This document shows, piece after piece, positions 1 through 10,735 of a stretch of DNA of 64,000 nt. The stretch covers positions 682,001-746,000 of the forward strand of contig OZ287695.1 in assembly GCA_965649825.1 (NCBI GenBank), written 5' to 3'. The notes beneath the pieces were generated by a model. That model worked only from the letters and a program-made list of their open reading frames with translations. It did no database searches and was not told the DNA's origin. This stretch comes from Penicillus capitatus. Taxonomy: Eukaryota; Plantae; Chlorophyta. A program made the position numbers and the translations under genes. Each line of letters opens with the position of its first letter. Position 1 is the stretch's first letter.

Positions 1-3000
1 GAAGAGATTGCTTGGTCCGCGGTGACTGCTCACAGGCTTCTGGTCATCGCTCTCCACGGCTCTTTATCACCAGTAGTGTTGGCGTTTGCAAGATCCAGTC
101 TTGGAGCATGTGGAGGCCGGTCCAGAGAAGAGTGCTCCAAACAGTGGAAGTCCATTTGCCTAGTCAAGTCCATCACTCCAGCCACATCTGCCTGCTATCG
201 CACACGCCATCAGCAGGGCACGCTCGATCTCATCTCTGCAAAGACAACAAAACCGTTCAGACAGAACGAGTGTCAATGAATGGACCAACCTGTTGATTGT
301 TTTCCACAGTTCGAAGTTGTTGTTTCGAGGGAGGAGAAACCATATAGACTATAATGCGTCGACTTCGTAGTCCAAAAGCAGTGGGAATTCTTCGCAGCTG
401 CTGTGATGGATCGACACTCCTTCTCTAGAGGACTGGGCGACCGAGGAAGAAGTCCTGCCACAACAATCTGTGATTCCTTCGAAAGACCAGGGAAGTCTTA
501 TCGATGACACCCCTCCTGCAAATGGAGAAATGTGGCCTTTCTGGTCGGATCTCCTTGAACGTACTTTTTCCGCCTCGCTTTGATGCGGATTGCCGCAGTC
601 GACAGGATCGATTCTGAACAGCTACAGCTTCTTCAGAATGACGAAAGGCTTCCTCTTTTGGCTGCCGTCATGTCTTGAAGGAGGCCATCCAGTCTCAGGG
701 CACTGAGTCGCTTGTCGTTGACGACATCGATCAGCTGACATCAGAAGGCGGCGTTTCCATGAACCTCACTAGCTGCTTGAGGCCTTGGTACAGTCTTCTT
801 CGTTCTGAAGGGGCGTGTTGTTTATCTCCAGATAAACGAGGTGCATTCTGATCGGACATCTTGGTCGTCCACATCGATACAAATGCACGGCAGGTGATTG
901 GATGCATCGGTTTGGAGTACTTTGTGTCCACTGCAGATCCTCAATCCGTCTTGTCTGCAGTGCAATCTCTGCATGGACTGGATCGCGTCGGTTTGGAAAC
1001 CAGAACAGGACTTTCTGCAGAAGATCTGATGACGGATTCCCTGTTTCAATCGCTCCGACAGCGAAAGGCCTGTGCTCCAGAGTAAGATCAGGTCTGGAAG
1101 CACGTTTCTTTGCCGCCATCAAAGTTACTGGCCACTGCCGCTCCTTCTTTGTTGTGCACCATTCGTGTCTCCTCCTTCTTGTTGACGCATCTGCGCATGG
1201 CGAAGTCGATTTCCGTGCTGCTCGTTCGTTGACTGAGCGGTATGAGCTCCAGATTCCCAATGAACGTCGAAGGGATGGAGCTTCACTTTGGTTGAGCTGG
1301 ACTAATGTCGGGTGGTTTCTTTCTGCTGCCCGTTCCAGAACTACACAGGAAAGAGGAATCAGATAGATGCGCAAGAATGAACGGACTGTGTACATGATAC
1401 AACAACCACTGGTAACCCAGAACTGATCTTAGGTGTGTCCCCAGAGAGTGTCGTCTCAAGGCTCCCTCGTTGAGGCAACACCTAGAACAGTATGCTCAAC
1501 AGAGAAAAAAAGGCTCTTTTGATCACACATGTGAAGCAAGAAACACCCGAGGCTGATGGAAGAGCATGCTCGAACGATCAACTCTTCGGGAACTGAGTGA
1601 ATTCTCAGTCCCCTCTCCGATTTGGTCCTCTGATGCCTGTGGTTTGCCGAGAGAAGCTACCGGGATGTCGAGTTCAGGCCATATGTCATCCACTCGATCA
1701 TCCCTGCAGGAGTGGGAAGGTTTCCAGGTGTTCGTCGAGCGAATGGCGATTTCATGTCTCTCATCCAGCAGGGAAATGTCTCCACAGTGAAATCGACAGC
1801 CATGCGAACTGCGAACACGAGAAGGGATCTCTGCAGGTCAGCTCCATCGATGTGTTCATGCAGTCTCACCTTGAGTCCAAACCGTGTGTCGATGCAAATT
1901 TGCTGATCCATCCCTGATCGGATAGGAGTGGTCAGCACAGATCACGAATCTCGATTCCTCTTCGTTCTGCTGGCCTTGCTCGCCTTGGTCTCTTTCCAGG
2001 TATCCGGTACGGAGCGACGAATCCTCGAGTTCTTGTCAGGCGTCATTTTCTCCACACTCTGACACTCCAATTAAGTGGTGGAGTTCATCTTCCAGTCCGC
2101 TGGCCTTCAATGTCGACTAGGAGGCATCCGTTTTCTGTCTGCCACATCGTGATCGCACGAGATCTCGGGCACATGTTTGACATCGAAATGCTCATAGCGT
2201 TTCCACTGATGGCTGTGTCTGGAAACGCTCGCTGGACTTGAATTCTGTCGACTTCTCTCGGTAAGCCCAGAACTCCATGAACGATTTCCAGAGACGATTC
2301 CTGGTTGTGCCGGAAAGTCCCCATGTTTCTCCTCGCTTCAGTGGCGTGGACGGACGAACCTCTTATCTGCACGAATATCTCTTCCTTTGTTCACTGACAG
2401 CCTCTGTCTCTCCAGAAGATCCTGTGGATGTGCATTCACAGTAGAAGTTGTTTCAGTGTCCTTACCGGCTGCGTGGAGGACCGTGGCCATTCTGACCGGA
2501 CTTTCTTGGTTGTGCGTTCGAACCACCTCAGATGTTCTTCATGTCGGTGAAGCAAATGATGCTGGACGGAAACGTCTTCAAGGGGCGGAAGCGCTCCCAC
2601 TTATAGAGAATGCATTTTCTGGGCAGGGGAGTGTCCATGTCATTAGAAAGAAGACTGCTCGGTGTCCTCGGATGGACGACTTCTTGTATCATGTCGATTC
2701 CTCAAACTGTTGGGACAACGATCTCCCGATTCGCTTTTAGCACATCTCGGGCAGAATGGTCTTCTTTGCGATGCCCTAGACGAGCAAAGGATCGTTCAGA
2801 CGATTCTGGCTAGAGATCTTGACTCCTTTACCTCTGCGGTCCAGCTGTTTGGTTGACTAAATCTCGTTATCCGAATGTTTTTCTCTTTGTCAATGAAATG
2901 AACTGCGGCTTTCCTGTCTGCACAGTGTGGACCATGATCGCTAGGAAAGCATGAAACTACTTCTCTTCCTGTAAAGATTCAGTGGATGATTCCACACATC

Positions 3001-4249
3001 CGTCGCTTCGACAGCGAAGTGCTGCGTTGCTCCAGAACAGCGGTCAATTGCAAACACTGTCTTTCTTCGATGCTGTCCAGGCATGAGGCTTGACACTATC
3101 TCATCGTGTTGTTGTGAGAGTCGGTGTATTGTCTTGATCCCACTTTTGCACTTGCCAGACATGACTGATTCATCACTCTGCTTTTCAATGAATGGCGCAG
3201 AACGAGGTATGGACTCTCGTGAAACATTGAAGGGCCTCTCCTTCCCGATTAAACTCGACCAATGTCAAGCGGCTGTCTTTCTTAATCAGGACTAGAAGAT
3301 CAAAGGAGTTCACAGTCCAATCAAGCAAAAAGTGTGACGAACCTTGCTTTTGCAGTTGGAAGATTCAGAACAGCATTTCCCGTATGCTGTCCTTACACTA
3401 ATTCATTCCAGAGTTCGCCTTAAGAAAGAAAAAACCTAGAATGAGGTGCTCAGCAGAGAGGGTTTGACATGACAGTACTTCGAAAGCAGAGATGGCCAAT
3501 TATCCACGGAAGAGGATACTCAAAGCGCCCAATCTCTTACCAGTAATCGACCATTCGTGGTCTTGCTCTGTAAAGCAAAGCACGGACTGTTGTTCTCTCG
3601 ATGGATGCCATTCAGAACGCCAGATTCAAATCGGGTCCCGTCTGATCGACTCCTTTTGCGGAAGCTTGGCGAGGCGTTCGAACCTTATTGGCACTGTGCT
3701 TTCCACATCTCTCGGCCTAGAAAGAACGCCATCATAGTGAGATAGATCCACAGAGATTCAAACCATGGGCATTGCAGGAACAGTTCTGGAGATTTGCTTT
3801 GCTCTCATGCAGAAGTGTGATATCTTGATGCAGCCATCCAATGTCTTGTGTGATGTTCATCATTGCAGTCCCTGATCAGGCGGGTAAGAAGCAAGCAAAC
3901 TGACCACGTGTGCGATATCCGCCATGTCCAACTCTTATAGAATGAATCTCTAAGTTCGGCAGACTTGTTCTCTTTACTGAAATAGAAGAAGTAGCTTCGG
4001 ACAGAACAGTAAACCAGCATCGTCCACAGCCAAAAAAGAAAACAGTTTCAGATCAAAGACAGCAAACACAGGCCAACCACAACAAAGCGAGGGTGGAAGG
4101 CAGAGCAGAAACAGCCAGACCGTCACTCTTTTATTCCTTTTTGTTTTTTTAAATTCAAAAACCTCAACGAACACAAGTCAACCACAACAAAACGAGGGTG
4201 GTGACAGAGACTCGAACTTGAAACAGCTGAGTAATTCGATGTTTGTCAA

Positions 4250-4420
4250 TCTCACACTTCTGCAAAATGTGTGAGAAGATTTATTTTTTTATTTTTCTGA
4301 TTTTTTATTTTTTCATAAAAAATCTCACACTTTTGCAAAATGTGTGAGATATGTGAATATTTTTTTATTTTTTTAATTTTTTTAAAAAAACTCACAGTTG
4401 AAAAAGTGAGATGTGTGAGA
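4250..4420. repeat. AT-rich array of three ~27-bp palindromes TCTCACAC-N11-GTGTGAGA, ~70-bp period
   Basis: Units at 4250-4276, 4323-4349 (core TTTTGCAAAA is itself palindromic) and degenerate 4391-4420; two homologous units at 61429-61454 and 61496-61526. Confidence 0.8.
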
Positions 4421-4582
4421 AGATTTTTTAATTTTTTTTTTTTTTGATTTTTAAACACCGGAAAAGAGGAAAACTGGAAAACACAGACAAGACTGAAGAC
4501 CTCTTACGACATTGAATCCCCAGCCAACAACAACCTAGAGCAAAAACAGAAATTAAAAATGACAAAGCGCGAGAAACTTACA

Positions 4583-4922
4583 TGTAGGAAATGAACCCTT
4601 AACTGTCATCTGTGTAACCACCGGAAGCGGTGGAGCCGTCACATAACCATCCAGGCGCGCCGACCATCGGTCGCGACGGATGTCGGCTCTCGACCTAACT
4701 TCCCCATAACGTAAGGGGTGTGGTTATGCTGCATGCACTAGGAGTTCGCAGCTGTTAGGACGTAAGGTTAGGAAGTCCATAACCACCCTGGGTATATAAG
4801 GTCGACATTTCACCCTGTAAACACTCCTGTTCGTATCGCATCAAATCTGATTGCGTTTCCGTCGTCTCAACGCGCAAGGACTCGACTATCGTCTGAACCA
4901 CTCTTACATTCGATTCCCAACA
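4583..4922 (+). repeat. 5' LTR (340 bp)
   Basis: Starts TGTAGGAAATG, ends TTCCCAACA; contains TATATAA at 4793-4799; matches 9513-9852. Confidence 0.97.
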
Positions 4923-4924
4923 TC

Positions 4925-4940
4925 TGGTGGACCTCCGGGG
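4925..4940 (+). other. Primer binding site (PBS)
   Basis: TGGTGGACCTCCGGGG begins 2 nt after the 5' LTR; TGG is complementary to tRNA 3' CCA. Cognate tRNA not identified. Confidence 0.75.
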
Positions 4941-4976
4941 TAACTGTCGAGCGTTTTCTATCATCTCTGACAAGCC

Positions 4977-7900
4977 ATGCGCATTGAGTCGATTGCCTTC
5001 CCGCGTTACGATGGACGCACTGACCCTAGGAGATGGGTCAGCAAGATGACCTCGCTCTTCCGCCTGCAGCAAATCGAGGACCAGCCCGGGACGCGAGCCG
5101 AAATCGCAGTCACCTTGCTTGACGGACCAGCCGCGGATTGGGCGGAACTGCACCATGACGCCGACGCCCATCTGAATATCGACTGGGCCGATTGGAGTCA
5201 GCTGGTGATCGACCGTTTTGTTCGCGACCAGGACCCTGACCGCGCCAGAGACCAGCTCAGACACATCTTCCAGAAGCGACGAGAATCCTTGATCGCGTAC
5301 GCTGAGCGCTTCGCCTTGATGTGTTCTAGAGCTCAGCCTGCTGTCGACCCAGACGATTACTACAAGTACTGGCTGAGAGGCCTCCGGAATGACCGCGCGG
5401 CAGAATACGCATTCACTCGACTTGCTGCAAGCAACAACGCGCCAACCTACGAATATGCCGTTCGCTATGCGAAGTACGCGACGGAGGCGCGCAAGAATGT
5501 CCGAGGGTACGAGGAGACTGACGAAGAGGAAGACGAACCTGAACCTCAACATGAAAATCGTAACCATCCGACGGTCCTCAAGGAGAACGGAGCTCGTCGC
5601 CTTGCGAAGACAGGGCGAAGAACCACAACCATCGTGGCTGAGGAACCGGCGGCGGATGACTCCGAAGACGAAGAACTCCGTCAACTCATCTCCGGACTGA
5701 CAGGCCTGCTTGCGAAGAGGCAAGAAAAGCGACGCGCAAGACGCGCAGAATGCAACGCGTCTCGCTTCGTTGAGTCTGTGTCCGAGGATGAAGACGACGA
5801 GGGGGCTGAAGCAACCGCCAGAATGGCGGATGAAGATGAGCAGCAACCCAGTAAGCGACGCCGAGGTGCGGCTGGAAAGAAAGCGCGGAAACCGCGTAAG
5901 AAGCCCGAGCTCGACCGTGAATGGGCAGATTACGCTGCTCAAGCATGGGCCATCCCGCTGCGTTTCCTGAAAGGACGCAGCAAACGTGAAGTCTACTCCC
6001 AAGTGATACTGGCGCTGAGAGACGCGTTCGGGTTCACTCCAAAGCCTAAAAAGAAGAAGGGCGAAGATGAGCCTTCTGCTTCAGCACCACCGCAGCAGAC
6101 TGACGTATATATGGAACCGGCAGCACAACAACCGCAAGGACCGCAGCAGTACCAAGCCACCCTCGCGCAGAAACGAGGCGGCAGGGACTGGCTCGAGCGA
6201 TGCAAGGTATTCGTCGCAGGGCGGTTCGTGCCCAAGGTGATTGTAGACCCTGGCTCCTCGAACTCCATAATGGATGCGGAGTTCGCCCGTCAATTCCGCA
6301 TCAGGCACACTACGCCCAGCCAAGGAACGTTACTGCTTGCGGATGGTTCTGTCCAGAAGCCGCTGGGACGCACTGACGAAGTTCGCGTTGAAGTGGGCGG
6401 TGTTTGGACACAGCAAGCGTTCAGTGTCCTGCCGACGAAGAACTCATATGACATTCTTCTCGGTACGGACTGGCTGCGCACCGTCCGCAGCCGAGCCGAC
6501 TTTGAAGAAGGAACGTATACCCTCGGTGTGAAAAAGCGCATTACGGTCGTGCCGAAGTGGCGCAAGCTCTTCTTCGCGAAAAAGCAACCCGCAGTTGTTG
6601 AAGACGATACCTCCGATGCCAGCAGCGAATCCGATATGGCCGCTGCACTGGAGGAGTTGATCGAGCAAATGCAAGCCCTCGCTAGCGATAGCGAGAGTGA
6701 GGACGAAGACGAATGCTTCCTTGCACTGAGTGACCAGGTGCTTGGCGAATTGCACGTCAACCCGAAATTGAAGCCTGAGGTGCTTTCGGATATCCGCTCT
6801 CTCGTCAGTGAATACGTAGACTGCTTTGCCCTAACCTTTCAAGACATGGTCAGGACGCCTTTAATGCAATTCGAGATCGAGTTGCGTCAAGGAGAAGTCG
6901 CGAAGCGCTGCGGCCGGACCCGACGCCTGGCGCCAAAAGAAACAGAGTTCGTCAAGGCGCAAATCGACGAGCTACTTGAAGCCAAGCTAATCATTCCGTG
7001 GGAAGAGGCCGCCCGGAAGTACGGCTGCCCAAAGCGCAAGAATCGTTGGCTGTCGCCGATAACTATCGCACCGAAGAAGGATGGGTCGTTTCGTTTTTGC
7101 TGTGCGTACCAAAGGCTGAACGACGCGACCATCCCAGATAAATTCGTTCTGCCTCGGGCAGACGACTTGCTCGATCGCGTGATGGGTCACGCGTGCTACT
7201 CAGCCCTCGACGGATTCAGCGGGTATTACTCCCTTGGGCTGCATCCCGAGTCCGTATTGAAGACGGCGTTTGCGACGAGCTTCGGTGTCTTCTGTTGGCT
7301 CGTCCTACCTTTCGGGGTAACGAATGGTCCCGCTGCCTACTCGCGTTTGGTCGAGCAGGTCTATGGCGGACTGGACCGAGTCGGCGTCTTCATTGACGAC
7401 GTCTGCTGCGCACACCAAAGCGAAGCAGGTATCGTGGAAGACTTGCGACGGGTGTTCGCGCGTTGTCGCGACGGAGGGCTCCGGTTGAAGCCGAAGAAGT
7501 GCTTCGTGGGGTATCGCGAAGTCGATTTCCTTGGCCACCGGCTGTGCCCCAAGGGGATGAGAATGGATGAAGCCAAGGTCGAGAAGATCTCGAGGATGCC
7601 CTCGCCAACGGACAGGAAACAATTGCAATCCCTTTACGGCATGTTCTCTTATTATCGCCGATTCCTGAAGAACTTCGCGGGCGTAAGTGCGCCGATGTCG
7701 AGCCTCCTTTCGACACGACGAGACTTCTTGTGGACTCCCGAAGCCCAGAAGGCACTGGAGGAGTTGAAGAAGCTCCTTGTCGACGGAGCCGTGTTAACGG
7801 CAGTCAACGAAGACCTGCCCTTTCTCGTCGACACGGATGCCAGCGCCTACGGAATCGGGGCCGTCTTGTCACAAGAGCAAGACGGCGAAGAGCGTCCGAT

Positions 7901-9407
7901 CTACTTCTACTCGAGGCTCCTTAAAGATGCTGAGACACGATACTCAGCCACCGAGCGAGAAGGATTAGCATTGGTCGCCGGACTCAAGAAATTCCGCGTC
8001 TATGTCTTAGGACGCAAGGTGGTCGCTCGAACCGACCATGCAGCATTATCACATATGCTGCGCAAAACAGACCTGACGGGTCGTATTGCCCGTTGGAAGC
8101 TCATCTTGTCAGAATACGATGTCCATTACGTGACAAGGCCCGGAGAAAGACACCGCAACGCTGATGGACTGAGTCGCCTGGTCGACGAAGACTCGGAACC
8201 CCGACCAGTTAATAAAGAAGAGGAATGCGATGAATGTCCAGCGCTCGTGGCCGAAGACGTTGCTTCCGCTTTCGAAGCCTGCCGCGAGTACGCAGAAATC
8301 CTCCCCTCGGTCAACGAACAGGACAGTCGATTTCGGTGGGGTGAGCGCAATCTTTTCTTTGAAGACTTAGATGGACGGCGCAAGATTTGTCTGCTGCCGA
8401 ACCAAGTCCGCGCAGTCGTCGGTGAAGAACACTGCGTCGGACACTTTTCTGCCGAAATAACATTACAACGAGTAAGGCAAAGATATTGGTTTCCGAAGAT
8501 GCGCAAGCAAGTGCAAGACCTCGTGAAGACCTGCCAAACCTGCCAGTTGTTCGGTTCCAAGCCCCCCATCCGTAGCACTATCCCCATTGCCATCGAAGAA
8601 CCATGGGAGCTGGTCGAGTTGGACACGGTCGTCGGCTTGCCGGCGACGCCGAGGAAGGCAGTAGGATTCGTCACGGCGATCGACTGCTTCACAGGATTCG
8701 TAATAACAGATGCATTGACGTCCTTGGGAGCTGCGAAGACCCTCAAGTTCCTTATCAATAAAGTCGTTTGCGCTTGGGGCGTGCCGCAGAGAATCCTGAC
8801 GGACAACGGGACGGAGTTCCAAGGTGTTTTTAGTGAGACGGTGAAGAATCTCGGGATCGAGCATCGATGGTCGACGCCACGATACCCCCGCAGCCATGGC
8901 AAAGTCGAGAACGTACAGCGCCTCGTCCTTGACCGCCTGAGGAAGTGCCAGAATCCGAGAAGCTGGGACGAGAACCTCCCGGCTGCGACGTTTGCTGTGA
9001 ACGCACGACGAGGCAAGTTCCTGTCGCCACTCGAACTTCTCACAGGGGTCGTGCCGAAAAGCCGCACTGAAGTGAATCTGTTAGCCGGCGAGAGCAAAGG
9101 GGATGCAGAGCCCTTGCAGACCGCCCTTGCAGACCGTCTGACCGATCTTGCGCTTTGTCGCGAGCGTTTTCGTGACTCTGCGAAGAAGATCCGCGAGTCC
9201 TGGACTGCAGAAGCCGCGATCCCACGCATCGAGCCTGGGAAAGAGGTCCGCGTCTATCGACTTGAAGACCACGGGAAACTCGAAGCAGCGTTCGAGAAAG
9301 GTGTCGTGACGTGGTGGGGTAATCAAGGAGCTTGCAGAGTTCTGGTCGATGGCCGCATGAAGAGAGTACCGCAGTTCTGCGTGAAGCCGTGGATCGCTCC
9401 TCAATAA
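4977..9407 (+). CDS. Gag-Pol polyprotein, 1476 aa, single uninterrupted ORF
   Basis: Gag-like N-terminus (FPRYDG...W); aspartic protease VIVDPGSSNS; RT (APKKDGSFRFC, LPFGVTNGPA, VFIDD); RNase H (DTDASAYGIGAVLSQ, TDHAAL); integrase HHCC (H..GH...CQTC) and D-D-E (ELDT, TDNGTEF, GKVE). No obvious CCHC knuckle or chromodomain. Confidence 0.97.
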   Translation: MRIESIAFPRYDGRTDPRRWVSKMTSLFRLQQIEDQPGTRAEIAVTLLDGPAADWAELHHDADAHLNIDWADWSQLVIDRFVRDQDPDRARDQLRHIFQKRRESLIAYAERFALMCSRAQPAVDPDDYYKYWLRGLRNDRAAEYAFTRLAASNNAPTYEYAVRYAKYATEARKNVRGYEETDEEEDEPEPQHENRNHPTVLKENGARRLAKTGRRTTTIVAEEPAADDSEDEELRQLISGLTGLLAKRQEKRRARRAECNASRFVESVSEDEDDEGAEATARMADEDEQQPSKRRRGAAGKKARKPRKKPELDREWADYAAQAWAIPLRFLKGRSKREVYSQVILALRDAFGFTPKPKKKKGEDEPSASAPPQQTDVYMEPAAQQPQGPQQYQATLAQKRGGRDWLERCKVFVAGRFVPKVIVDPGSSNSIMDAEFARQFRIRHTTPSQGTLLLADGSVQKPLGRTDEVRVEVGGVWTQQAFSVLPTKNSYDILLGTDWLRTVRSRADFEEGTYTLGVKKRITVVPKWRKLFFAKKQPAVVEDDTSDASSESDMAAALEELIEQMQALASDSESEDEDECFLALSDQVLGELHVNPKLKPEVLSDIRSLVSEYVDCFALTFQDMVRTPLMQFEIELRQGEVAKRCGRTRRLAPKETEFVKAQIDELLEAKLIIPWEEAARKYGCPKRKNRWLSPITIAPKKDGSFRFCCAYQRLNDATIPDKFVLPRADDLLDRVMGHACYSALDGFSGYYSLGLHPESVLKTAFATSFGVFCWLVLPFGVTNGPAAYSRLVEQVYGGLDRVGVFIDDVCCAHQSEAGIVEDLRRVFARCRDGGLRLKPKKCFVGYREVDFLGHRLCPKGMRMDEAKVEKISRMPSPTDRKQLQSLYGMFSYYRRFLKNFAGVSAPMSSLLSTRRDFLWTPEAQKALEELKKLLVDGAVLTAVNEDLPFLVDTDASAYGIGAVLSQEQDGEERPIYFYSRLLKDAETRYSATEREGLALVAGLKKFRVYVLGRKVVARTDHAALSHMLRKTDLTGRIARWKLILSEYDVHYVTRPGERHRNADGLSRLVDEDSEPRPVNKEEECDECPALVAEDVASAFEACREYAEILPSVNEQDSRFRWGERNLFFEDLDGRRKICLLPNQVRAVVGEEHCVGHFSAEITLQRVRQRYWFPKMRKQVQDLVKTCQTCQLFGSKPPIRSTIPIAIEEPWELVELDTVVGLPATPRKAVGFVTAIDCFTGFVITDALTSLGAAKTLKFLINKVVCAWGVPQRILTDNGTEFQGVFSETVKNLGIEHRWSTPRYPRSHGKVENVQRLVLDRLRKCQNPRSWDENLPAATFAVNARRGKFLSPLELLTGVVPKSRTEVNLLAGESKGDAEPLQTALADRLTDLALCRERFRDSAKKIRESWTAEAAIPRIEPGKEVRVYRLEDHGKLEAAFEKGVVTWWGNQGACRVLVDGRMKRVPQFCVKPWIAPQ

Positions 9408-9495
9408 AGTTCTCATGACGCTCAATGGTTCTACCTCTTACCTGACTTGTGTGTTTCGTTCATTCTGTCACTTAAACGTCGGGACGTGACGTGTT

Positions 9496-9508
9496 AAGTG
9501 AGGAGGAG
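9496..9508 (+). other. Polypurine tract (PPT)
   Basis: AAGTGAGGAGGAG, 4 nt upstream of the 3' LTR. Confidence 0.75.
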
Positions 9509-9512
9509 TCAC

Positions 9513-9852
9513 TGTAGGAAATGAACCCTTAACTGTCATCTGTGTAACCACCGGAAGCGGTGGAGCCGTCACATAACCATCCAGGCGCGCCGACCATCGG
9601 TCGCGACGGATGTCGGCTCTCGACCTAACTTCCCCATAACGTAAGGGGTGTGGTTATGCTGCATGCACTAGGAGTTCGCAGCTGTTAGGACGTAAGGTTA
9701 GGAAGTCCATAACCACCCTGGGTATATAAGGTCGACATTTCACCCTGTAAACACTCCTGTTCGTATCGCATCAAATCTGATTGCGTTTCCGTCGTCTCAA
9801 CGCGCAAGGACTCGACTATCGTCTGAACCACTCTTACATTCGATTCCCAACA
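9513..9852 (+). repeat. 3' LTR (340 bp)
   Basis: Same sequence as the 5' LTR; preceded by a purine-rich tract and followed by the TTACA TSD. Confidence 0.97.
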
Positions 9853-9868
9853 TTACATCTTGCCCGGC

Positions 9869-10735
9869 TCAACTTGGAATGCAAAAAACGAAGACACGAG
9901 GGGGGATAGGAGGATTTCTGGACGAGGGAATGGAGTAGATATCTGGGCGGGGTTGTATGCGGGGTTGGTCGTGCGGGATGGAGAAGAGATGTGGTCGATG
10001 CGGGAAAGAAGGAGAATTAATGGAGAAGAGATGTGGGCGGGATGGGAAGGGCGGAGGGTTACAGGGGATTGAGAATTGGAAAACACGGGAAGGGAAGGGT
10101 GGTGGGTTGGAGGGAATGCAGAAGGTCTGCGGTCGCGGGGGAAATAAAGAGTGACAAGGAGAAGGTGGAGGAGAACAGAGAGGAGGACAGGGACACGGAC
10201 AAGGAGAAGGTGGAGGAGAACAGAGAGGAGGACAGGGACACGGACAAGGAGAAGGTGGAGGAGAACAGAGAGGAGGACAGGGACACGGACAAGGAGAAGG
10301 TGGAGGAGAACAGAGAGGAGGACAGGGACACGGACAAGGAGAAGGTGGAGGAGAACAGAGAGGAGGACAGGGACACGGACAAGGAGAAGGTGGAGGAGAA
10401 CAGAGAGGAGGACAGGGACACGGACAAGGAGAAGGTGGAGGAGAACAGAGAGGAGGACAGGGACACGGACAAGGAGAAGGTGGAGGAGGCTGAGCAGGCT
10501 GAGTGGAGGGAGCCGAGCGCCGTACGCGTCTGAGTTGACGCGGCTGTCCAGATTGACTTGGCTGAGGGCCACTCTGGGCTGAAGGCTGCTCTGACTGCTG
10601 GTCCTGTCTTCTCTTCGCTTTTGTTTGGGCCCTGATGGCCCAGTACAAGCTCTCTCTCTCTCTGGTCGAGGACCAGATGGCGAAACGCCTTCGGCGCATC
10701 GGGACCCCGCACATCTGTTATTTTGAGTTCCAGAA
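9869..10735 (-). CDS. Proline-rich protein with C-terminal [FY][SC]I[PN]..P.[FI]P.R repeats, copy 1 (probable frameshift at (AG)7, 10650-10663; 5' end uncertain)
   Basis: The reading frame ends CIPS* at a TGA homologous to CIPV* in copy 2. Substitutions between copies are conservative (F/Y, I/V, D/E). Confidence 0.6.
10153..10488. repeat. Perfect 45-bp tandem repeat, ~7.5 units (minus strand encodes SPPPSPCPCPCPPLC)
   Basis: Unit GACAAGGAGAAGGTGGAGGAGAACAGAGAGGAGGACAGGGACACG starts at 10153, 10198 ... 10468; absent from the copy-2 paralog. Confidence 0.95.

Larger units (their letters stand above)
4583..9852 (+). mobile_element. Full-length Ty3/gypsy LTR retrotransposon (5270 bp), recently inserted
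   Basis: TG...CA direct repeats at 4583-4922 and 9513-9852 read identical by eye. TTACA flanks both ends (4578-4582, 9853-9857). PBS and PPT are present, and the internal ORF has domain order gag-PR-RT-RH-IN. Confidence 0.97.

Noticed and set aside
769-1395. 208-aa minus-strand ORF also open at 57953-58579
   Set aside because: By eye, amino-acid differences exceed what purifying selection would leave, with many radical changes. No motif recognised, so this is probably not the coding frame.
4755-9229. Long antisense ORFs within the retrotransposon (4755-6002, 8126-9229 and others)
   Set aside because: Shadows of the gag-pol coding strand with no independent motifs.
10153-10488. CRISPR-like array
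   Set aside because: Units are contiguous with no unique spacers, there are no cas genes, and the context is eukaryotic.
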